From the NCBI GenBank assembly GCA_965223905.1, contig CBDCXV010000011.1, forward strand, positions 1,952,001 to 2,016,000: a stretch of 64,000 nucleotides of DNA. Direction: 5' to 3'. The stretch comes from Candidatus Latescibacterota bacterium (lineage in GTDB: Bacteria; Latescibacterota; UBA2968; UBA8231). The notes beneath the pieces were generated by a model. It ran no database searches. It worked only from the letters and a program-made list of their open reading frames with translations, and was not told the DNA's origin. Position numbers and translations under genes: made by a program. Below are positions 10,823 to 18,331 of the stretch, one piece after another (positions within the stretch are counted from its first letter, which is position 1; each line of letters begins with the position of its first letter).

Positions 10823-11107
10823 TCCGATAACCTTCGCGCCGTGGAATACCGAACTTGAGACCAGCGGCCCTTACCAAAACGATGTGATTCACGCTCCCAT
10901 ATTATTCCTTTCGGTTAATGGGATGGTGACTCTGTCGGCGTTCACCGACAGATAGGGACTTGGGAAGCGGTAGCGGATGCTGACGGCTTCCTCTTTGATT
11001 CTCTTATTACAACCGGGTCGAACTAAAAGAAAATTCCCCTGAACCTTTAGTTTGAGGAGGCGGGTCTCAGGGGCGGAACTTTAATGACTGCTGGCAGGAA
11101 AACCTGG

Positions 11108-11485
11108 AGCCTGGCCCTCGCGGGTTGCCGGTTGGTGACCTCCACCACCGCTGGGGCTTCCCGTGTTGCGTCGGATCTCCTTGTATACATGCCGTCGCCA
11201 TTACCCCGGCGGGATCGTTGGGTGCTCGCGTTGCTCCCTTCCCCAACGACAGCGGCCTTCCCCGAAATCCAGGCGGGTCGGCTCACCGCATTACCCTTTT
11301 CGAGGCCTGCTCAGCGTTCACACACGTTACGGCCTGCATACTCGCCGAGTCGCCTTGCGACCCTCTACACCAGAGGCTTTGAAGATTTCGTTGCCTACGT
11401 CCCCACTTCGGTTGCTTCCGACTGGAGCAACAGTTGTCGGGTGGGACTTGCACCCACTGAAGATCCGCGCCTTTTCACGGCGCAC
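11108..11485 (-). ncRNA. Group II intron 5' fragment (domain I region), no RT ORF or domain V
   Basis: Begins GTGCGCCGTGAAAAGGCGC...GGGTGCAAGTCCC. Contains GCCGACCCGCC-loop-GGGGAAGGC and AACACGGGAAGCCC elements typical of bacterial group II introns. Confidence 0.8.
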
Positions 11486-11619
11486 TGGAGCCTTCAGGTT
11501 AGTTGAACCAACACCCTCGTTGTTCAATTACCTGTCCTTTGTTGTGTTGTGTTGGGATCAGTTGCGCCATTTCCCGAGAATGCCTATGTACGTACCTCGT
11601 ATTACGGGAGGTGGCGTTT

Positions 11620-11700
11620 GAGGCTGTAGCTCAGTGGAATTAGAGCGGGTTTGCTGCATCCGAAAGGCCAGGACGGGGGTTCGAATCCTTCTTGTCCTCA
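11620..11700 (+). ncRNA. tRNA-like cloverleaf (pseudo-tRNA) with enlarged anticodon loop
   Basis: TAGCTCAGTGGAATTAGAGC D-arm, GGGGG-TTCGAAT-CCTTC T-arm, GAGG/CCTC acceptor end, 12-nt loop GCTGCATCCGAA, no CCA. Confidence 0.65.
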
Positions 11701-11877
11701 GCGTCCTTCTTGTGAAGAGAGGGAGGGGGAGTCATGAGTAGTGTTGCTTGAAAAACATCAAGCGCACGGCTCACGAAGAGCCTTAAGGATCACAAACGTT
11801 ACACCAATCAGGAGGATACCTTTTGTCCTTACTGAAAGTGCTCAGGCGGCAGTTCCCTTCTCCCTCCCAAATTTGCC

Positions 11878-12087
11878 CATTGTGCGAAAGTATCCGAAAC
11901 CGGGTAAAGGGCGTCGGCCGATCCCGCCCGAGGTGATGTTGCGCATCTATTTCATGCAACAGTGGTATGGGCTCAGCGACCCGGCGATGGAGGACAGTCT
12001 GTATGACGTGGAGTCGATGCGTCGCTTTGCGGGAGTGGATCTGGACGGCATTCCGGATGAGACCACCCTGTGCAAGTTTCGCCATCT
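11878..12087 (+). pseudogene. IS5-family transposase internal fragment
   Basis: [10 protein letters not shown]...[24 protein letters not shown]...[13 protein letters not shown]. Confidence 0.85.
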
Positions 12088-12284
12088 ACCCATCCTTTCC
12101 GATTCGCAGAAGCGCACCTCGGTGACGATCCCGGGACGCTTGATTTTCAATAGGCGGGTATAGAACTGTTTGAGATCGGGCACGGAGGGCGTCCAACGAG
12201 GGCGGTTCCAACGAAAACCGATGGGCGACATTCCTTAGGATACCGCAACATGTTGGGGATACCCATACTCAACCCAGATGAGCC
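12088..12284 (-). mobile_element. Truncated ISL3 left end with transposase N-terminus
   Basis: GGCTCATCTGGGTTGAGTATGGG matches the ISL3 end at 13956. [15 protein letters not shown] matches DLKQFYARLLRIERP. Confidence 0.8.
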
Positions 12285-12382
12285 AAAAAAAGAGACTTGA
12301 CCCTCGGTAACTCAGAAGGTGTAGTAGAGTTCTCTCGCCATATCAATTTTTCTCGGAGCTGTTGTCAGTCAGGAGGATTTCA

Positions 12383-13318
12383 GTGCAACGACCCATCTTG
12401 CCCAAACTCAGCCTCACATTGGCAGGCTTCCTCTCTGTCGCAAACGCCCAACCTGCAGACCGCCTCTTTCCCATCATGCAGTTGACCGACCGCGACGTCG
12501 CCGAGATCGACGTTACGGACGGTTCAGTCGAGGACTGGGAAAATATCGTCGGGGAGCCCACGCTCACCCCGCTGGACTTCGCGGAAACCTTTTTCGCGGA
12601 ACCCTTTGTTGTTGGCTCGTACGATCCTTCTGATATGGATTTTCGCATCTGGCTTGGATGGCACGATGCCACTGACCGGATTTTCTTCGCCATGGAGCGG
12701 GTCGACGACGTATACGTCAACGAATTCGACCGCGAGGATGAGAATTACGTTATGGTTTTCCACGACTCCTCGGTGGAGTTTGCCGTTGACGGAGACCACT
12801 TGGGCGGCGTGGTGTTCCCCGAGGGATCTCCAGAGGAGTGGGTCTGGCAGGTGCAGGTTTTTACTGCGCTCGGGGAGGTTTTCGACGGAGGCTCCCAGGT
12901 TGGCCTCGTCCCCCATGCGTATTATTTGAGTGCGGAATGGCTCATTCAGCCTCCGTTTGCACACGGAGGCGGCGCAGTGGTTGGCGGATCCCCCATCTTC
13001 TCGGTGACGGAATTCTACGTGACGCCGTTTGACCGCTTTGAACCGACGGGGGATCCGGAAGACAGTGACGTGTCCGATCTGTTCGGCGGAAAGATCATCG
13101 GTTTCAACATTCGGGTATTCGACGTTGATGATCAGCCTGGGCTGGAGACCATCCACCAACTAGCAGTCCCCCCAGCCTACGAATCTTATAGGCATCTGTT
13201 GTCGATGTCAGCAGACTACTTCGCCGATGGGATTCTGATGACGCCGGATGGCTTGTCATCTGAAGATTCGGCGGTCGAAAGCGATTCCTGGGCCCGAATC
13301 AAGGCGACGATGGAATAG
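12383..13318 (+). CDS. Secreted CBM9/DOMON-like protein with C-terminal SAVESDSWARIKA motif (IS passenger)
   Basis: GTG after AGGAGG, signal peptide, DVTDGSVEDW, VDGDH, IGFNIRVFDVD. ORF intact. Confidence 0.7.
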   Translation: MQRPILPKLSLTLAGFLSVANAQPADRLFPIMQLTDRDVAEIDVTDGSVEDWENIVGEPTLTPLDFAETFFAEPFVVGSYDPSDMDFRIWLGWHDATDRIFFAMERVDDVYVNEFDREDENYVMVFHDSSVEFAVDGDHLGGVVFPEGSPEEWVWQVQVFTALGEVFDGGSQVGLVPHAYYLSAEWLIQPPFAHGGGAVVGGSPIFSVTEFYVTPFDRFEPTGDPEDSDVSDLFGGKIIGFNIRVFDVDDQPGLETIHQLAVPPAYESYRHLLSMSADYFADGILMTPDGLSSEDSAVESDSWARIKATME

Positions 13319-13418
13319 TACCTTCCCAGCCCGAAGGATACTCCGCTGCAAGCGGGTGTGGACTATCATCCTATGGACCTGTCCCAGTTCGACAGGTTCT
13401 CCCCCACCACCTTCTCCA

Positions 13419-13443
13419 TGAGGTGGACCCCATTCTTTGGACA
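13419..13443. mobile_element. Possible solitary IS3-family terminal repeat
   Basis: TGAGGTGGACCCCATTCTTTGGACA resembles IS3-family ends. No partner seen. Confidence 0.35.
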
Positions 13444-13457
13444 GCCGGACAGCAGAA

Positions 13458-13733
13458 TTAAGGTGGATTCATTATTTGCGCCCCGTCGTCTGGCGACCAC
13501 GATGCTCCCCCCGGGTTGGTTACCTGTGAAGGCAGCTGCACCTTCAGGTTTTTTGAACCGTCACGAGAGACAACACGGAACTCACTGGTCTTCCCGTCAA
13601 ACAATTCGTAGAGAATACGCTTGCCGTCCGGGGCCCAGGTTGGACCGGAAGCGCTGCCTGTTAACTCACCCGAAACCCTCTCCAGGTTGGAACCGTCCCT
13701 CTCCACACAGAAAACAAAAACTCGCCCATCCAT
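13458..13733 (-). pseudogene. TolB/PD40 beta-propeller fragment abutting the right TIR
   Basis: PTWAPDGKRILY, ASWSPD and DGSN repeats. Confidence 0.7.
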
Positions 13734-13955
13734 ATTATTATACCATATTATCTTTAAATTCGCGGAAGAGAATACTAAACTTACCCTTGCGCAGTTAAGT
13801 ACATAATCCCCATCGAGGCCGTGTTTGCCGAGGTCGACACGGACGAGGGGGTCACCGGTGTGGCCGGTCCGATTACGACGGACCAGGTCTCCACCATCGG
13901 ACAGTACCTCCCGCGTGGGGCCGCCGAGATACACTGCCACGAAGTGGTTTTTTCG

Positions 13956-15311
13956 GGCTCATCCGGTTTGAGAGTGGGCCCCCCCAAGATGTAGTGGTAT
14001 CATAGGGCTGCCGTCCCTGTCCCACCCTCATCGGGGAGTGCCGTCGTGGAAGACCTCAAGCAGTTCTATGCCCGTCTGTTGCGAATCGAGCGGCCCTGGA
14101 TCGTCATCGAGGTGCGGTTTCCGGACCAGGAGCGAGTCGACGTCTACGTGGATCATGAGCGCGGGATCAAGCTGCGCTGCCCTCGGTGCGACGCCTGGTG
14201 TCCCGTCTACGACCACTGCCCCGAGCGGGAATGGCGGCACCTGGACACGTGCGACGTGCCCACCTACGTCCATACCCGCCTGCCCCGGGTGCAGTGCAAG
14301 GTCCACGGCGTGCTGTCCATCGCCTCGGAGTGGGCCGAGCCCGGCTCGAATCTGACCCGGGCCCTGGAGGCCCACGTCATCGACTTGGCCAAGGAGGCCA
14401 GCCTGCAGGCGGTGAGCCGTCTCACCGGGCTCAGCTGGGACCGCTGTTGGGGGGTCCTGGGCCGCGCCGTCCGCCGGGGCCAGCGCCGCAAGGCGTGGAA
14501 GGTGCCGGCCCATCTCGGCGTCGACGAGAAGGCCTTCGCCAAACGTCATCAGTACATGACCCTGGTCTGTGACCTGGAGACCAAGAGCGTGGAATACGTG
14601 GCCGAGGGCCGCCGCTGGGAGAGCCTGGAGGAGTATTTCCTCCCCTTCGACGAGGAGGAGCTGGAGCGGATCGAGGCCATCTGTGTGGACATGCACGACC
14701 CCTACATCGCGGCCGTGCGAGCCTGGGTGCCCGACGCCCAGGACAAGATCGTGTTCGACAAGTTCCATGTCCTGCGTCTGATGAACGAGGCCGTCGACCG
14801 GGTGCGCCGCCAGGAGCACAAGAAGCTGCGGGCCCAGCACGACGAGGTGCTCAAGGGGACCAAGTATCTCTGGCTCTACCACCCCGACCACATCCCCGAG
14901 GCCCTGCTGCCCCGATTCGAGGAGCTGCGTCGCATGGACCTGCAGGTCAGCCGCGCCTGGGCCCTCAAGGAGAACTTGCGGCAACTGTGGACCTACCGCC
15001 GCGAGGGCTGGGCTCGTCGCTTCTTCCGACGCTGGTATTTCTGGGCCACCCATAGCCGGCTGCCGCCCGTGATCGCGGTGGCCCGCACCCTGAAGCGGCG
15101 GCTCGACAACATCCTGACCTACCTGCGACACCGGATCACCAACGCCCTCAACGAGTCCCTGAACGCCCAAGTGGAGAAGGTCAAGCGCATGGCCCGCGGC
15201 TATCGCAACCGCGCCCACTTCCAAACCGCCATCTACTTCCATTGCGGCGGACTCGACCTCTATCCACGCCCACAACATGTAGGGGCTACCCACAGTAATT
15301 CCCGATGAGCC
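13956..15311 (+). mobile_element. Complete ISL3-family insertion sequence, 1356 bp
   Basis: TIRs GGCTCATC...GTGGG at both ends. 8-bp TSD TTTTTTCG (13948-13955 and 15312-15319). Confidence 0.93.
14046..15308 (+). CDS. ISL3-family transposase
   Basis: CPRC zinc finger, LGVDEK, DMH, FDKFH, TNALNESLN, ARGYRN. Confidence 0.95.
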   Translation: MEDLKQFYARLLRIERPWIVIEVRFPDQERVDVYVDHERGIKLRCPRCDAWCPVYDHCPEREWRHLDTCDVPTYVHTRLPRVQCKVHGVLSIASEWAEPGSNLTRALEAHVIDLAKEASLQAVSRLTGLSWDRCWGVLGRAVRRGQRRKAWKVPAHLGVDEKAFAKRHQYMTLVCDLETKSVEYVAEGRRWESLEEYFLPFDEEELERIEAICVDMHDPYIAAVRAWVPDAQDKIVFDKFHVLRLMNEAVDRVRRQEHKKLRAQHDEVLKGTKYLWLYHPDHIPEALLPRFEELRRMDLQVSRAWALKENLRQLWTYRREGWARRFFRRWYFWATHSRLPPVIAVARTLKRRLDNILTYLRHRITNALNESLNAQVEKVKRMARGYRNRAHFQTAIYFHCGGLDLYPRPQHVGATHSNSR

Positions 15312-15975
15312 TTTTTTCGCCACGGCTCGGGAGCGGGCCGGGAGGGGATGGCAAAGAACCTGGAGCTGGTACGGGTTCTGCGGGAAAGCGTGGGCGAGGA
15401 CGTGGACATCATGTTCGACGCCTGGAACAGCTGGGATGTGCCCTACGCCATTGCCATGGGAGAGCGCATGGCCGAATACCGCCCGCGATGGCTGGAAGAG
15501 CCGGTCCCGCCCGACCGCATCGACAGCTACACCGCCATCCGCAGGGGGATCGGTTTTCCCGTCGCCGGCGGTGAGCACGAGTACACTCGCTGGGGTCACA
15601 GGGATTTGATCGAGGCGGGGGCAGTCGATGTGCTGCAGCCCGACATCTACTGGGCGGGTGGTCTCACAGAGGTTGCGAAAATCTGCACGCTGGCGTCTGT
15701 CAGCGAGCCGCAGGTGATTCCGCACGTCCATTCGGTGTCGGCGACCGTCCACCTGCTGGCTGCGCAGCCCCCGGATGTGTGTCCTCTGCTGGAGTATCTG
15801 CTCACCTGGAATCGGGTCAACCAGTTCTTTCTCAAGGACCCGATCAAACCCCGCAACGGTGAGGTTGCCTTGCCCGAAGGTCCGGGCATGGGAATGGAGC
15901 TCGACGAGGACAAAATCGTTTCCCGGCGGGAGCTGGAGTGGTGAGGACAGCCTGGCCCGTTTGCTCGAGTGAGGG

Positions 15976-18060
15976 TTGGTGAGCGCGGCCAAGCGGGCAA
16001 AGGGGCAACGCCGCACGGCGTGGGGCGGCCGTCTGGTCGCCCTGGCCCTTGGCTTGGCGTTGGTGGCCGGCCTCGAGGGCTTGCTGCGGCTGCTCGGGGT
16101 GGCTCAGCCGCCGCCCTTGGTGCGCCCATTGGTCCGGCTGGAAGGGCAGACCCTGTACACGATTAATCCCGACTACCCCCAGCGCTTCTTTCAAGGCACG
16201 GCGGCCGGCCATTCTTTGGCCGGGGTGCGCATGTCCCCCCAGCCCTTTGTCGAACCCAAGGGAGAAGATGTTTTCCGAGTCGTCTTTGCCGGGGGGTCCA
16301 CGGTGCAGGGATTTCCCCACCCCAAGCGATTGGCCGCCGCTTCATACCTGCAGGCGATGCTCCAGGACATCTGGCCCCGGCGCCAGGTCGAGGTCTTCAA
16401 TCTGGGTATTACCGCGGTATCCAGTTTTGCAGTGGCCCGTTGCGTCGAAGCGGCAGCGGACCTGGCGCCGGACCTGGTGGTGGTCTACACCGGGCACAAC
16501 GAGTTCTACGGCGTCTACGGGGCTGCTTCGCTGCGCCAAGGGGGCCACAGCATCCGGCTCAAGCGCTGGCACTACCGCTTGATGCAGTGGCGCTTGACCC
16601 GATTGCTCCGCCAGCTGCTGGCCGGGGGCAGGGCAGAGGAGGCGCCCCCCTCGCTGTTGCGGGTGATGGCCGGGGCCGGGCAGGTGGCGCCGGAGGACCC
16701 CCGCCGCCAGAGCGCGGCGGCGAACCTGACGGCCAATCTGGAAGAGATAGCCGATTTTTGCCGGCAGCGGCAGATCCCTTTGATGCTGTGCACCCTGGCC
16801 AGCAACCTGAGCGGTTTTGCACCGGCGGCGGACGAGCCCCCCCTCGAACCCCGACAGCTCAAACAGTGGCGGGACACAATTGAACAGGCCGAAATCCTGG
16901 CGTCGACGGCCTCAGGGGCCGAGCGGGGTTTGGCCCTTCTCGACGAGGCCGCCCAAGAGGGGGCGGTAAGCGCCCGGCTGCAGTGTATCCGCGGGCGCTT
17001 ACTGCAACAGTTGGGGCGGGACACCGCTGCCCGGGAGGCCTTTACCCAAGCACTGGATTGGGATCGGGTGCCTTTCCGGGCGCCGACAGCGTTCAACCGG
17101 GTTATCCGGGAGGTGGCCGCAGCCAAGGGGTGTCTGTTAGCTGATGTGGAGGCCGCTTTTGAGCGGGCGAGCCCCGGCGGCAGCCCCGGTTGGAGCCTGA
17201 TAGCTGACCATCTGCATCCCTCGGCTGCGGGGCAAATCCTCCTGGCCCGCAGCCTGGTGCAGGCACTGGCCGACCCCGAAAGCCCCTGGCCTATTGCCGC
17301 CGAGGCCCTGCAGCGACTGCGCCCGGCCGAGGAGTACCGCTCGAGGATGGGGGATTCGCCCCTCGAGCAGTTGCGGGTGTGCCAGACCATGGCCCAGTTG
17401 TTGAGCGAAAAACCCCTCGACCGCGGCCACCGCCGTCGGGTGGCCGAGTTGGTCGAAGACGGCCAGGCCCTTTGGCGAAGCCTGCTGCCGGCCGAGCGGG
17501 CGGCCTACGAGCGCCAGCAGAGCCGTCAAGGGGGCGAGCCGCTGGCACTCAGCGGGGCAGATCAGCTCTTTGCCGCCGGCAATCTGGCCGCGGCGCGGCG
17601 CTACTATCGGGCGAGCCAATTGGAGCGCCCCTTTACGGTGCGGGGGGATTTGTGGGCGACCTTGCGCTGGGCCCGGTGCGCCCAACTCCGCGGCCCGTTG
17701 GCGCCGGCAGAGGTGGAGGCGGTCGAAGCCGCCGAGTGGCGGGCCCGTTTTCTCGCGGAAGCGCCGGGCGCCAATCAGGCGTTCTTCACCTTTTTCAAGG
17801 GGTATGCCCGCCATCTGGTCGGGGACGGGGACCAGGCCCTGGCGCATCTGGAAAAGGCCGCGGCCGACGCAGGGATGCGGCGCACCTTCTTTCATGATCT
17901 GCTGTGGCTTTTGTGCGAAGGCCTGGCGGATCGCGGACGGTTTGCGGCGGCCGAAACCTACGTGCGCCAGATAAGCGCCGAGGTGGGGCAAGAACAGCTT
18001 GGCCGGCAACTGCAGGGGTGGCTGGCCGAACGCAGGAACCGGGTGGGGACCGCAGAGTGA
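15976..18060 (+). CDS. Membrane-anchored SGNH/GDSL hydrolase with TPR-like region
   Basis: N-terminal TM, GGSTVQG, YTGHNEFYG, DHLHP. Confidence 0.8.
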   Translation: MVSAAKRAKGQRRTAWGGRLVALALGLALVAGLEGLLRLLGVAQPPPLVRPLVRLEGQTLYTINPDYPQRFFQGTAAGHSLAGVRMSPQPFVEPKGEDVFRVVFAGGSTVQGFPHPKRLAAASYLQAMLQDIWPRRQVEVFNLGITAVSSFAVARCVEAAADLAPDLVVVYTGHNEFYGVYGAASLRQGGHSIRLKRWHYRLMQWRLTRLLRQLLAGGRAEEAPPSLLRVMAGAGQVAPEDPRRQSAAANLTANLEEIADFCRQRQIPLMLCTLASNLSGFAPAADEPPLEPRQLKQWRDTIEQAEILASTASGAERGLALLDEAAQEGAVSARLQCIRGRLLQQLGRDTAAREAFTQALDWDRVPFRAPTAFNRVIREVAAAKGCLLADVEAAFERASPGGSPGWSLIADHLHPSAAGQILLARSLVQALADPESPWPIAAEALQRLRPAEEYRSRMGDSPLEQLRVCQTMAQLLSEKPLDRGHRRRVAELVEDGQALWRSLLPAERAAYERQQSRQGGEPLALSGADQLFAAGNLAAARRYYRASQLERPFTVRGDLWATLRWARCAQLRGPLAPAEVEAVEAAEWRARFLAEAPGANQAFFTFFKGYARHLVGDGDQALAHLEKAAADAGMRRTFFHDLLWLLCEGLADRGRFAAAETYVRQISAEVGQEQLGRQLQGWLAERRNRVGTAE

Positions 18061-18331
18061 GCGGGCGCGGCCCGGCCCTTCGGTAAGCTGGACCTCGGTC
18101 AAGCCGCTGGGCCACCGGCGGGGGCCCCTGAGTCAACGGATTTACTGGCCGTCCCGGGCACCGCCTAGCGCCCCGGCCCGTCCCCATCCTCAGCACGAGT
18201 TCGAAACGCTGCTTGCAGCGTCCGCCGCCGTCTGAAGCACGGCGCGTGGGTTGACTGCACTCCTGTGCGTGTTACGGCGCGCCCCCGAATCGACGCCCAG
18301 GAAAAGGTGAAGTGAAAAACGGAGACCTTTT

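Larger units (their letters stand above)
9238..13811. mobile_element. IS1595-family cargo-carrying element, 4574 bp
   Basis: 80-bp imperfect TIRs (9238-9317 and 13732-13811, 73/80 identical), 8-bp TSD ATCGAGGC (9230-9237 and 13812-13819), internal IS1595 transposase. Confidence 0.92.
9071..15944 (+). pseudogene. Mandelate racemase/muconate lactonizing enzyme family gene split by two IS insertions and an internal deletion
   Basis: Pieces 9071-9237 (MKITDIR...YRIEA), 13820-13910 (VFAEVDTDEGVTG), 13930-13955 (YTATKWFF) and 15320-15944 (HG...MFDAW...WLEEP...GEHE...QPD). Frames join across both TSDs. Confidence 0.9.

Noticed and set aside
11620-11700. Functional tRNA-Met(CAT)
   Set aside because: 12-nt loop, mismatched acceptor stem and no CCA; kept only as tRNA-like.
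14028-16016. 662-aa minus-strand ORF
   Set aside because: Shadow spanning the ISL3 boundary; no motifs.
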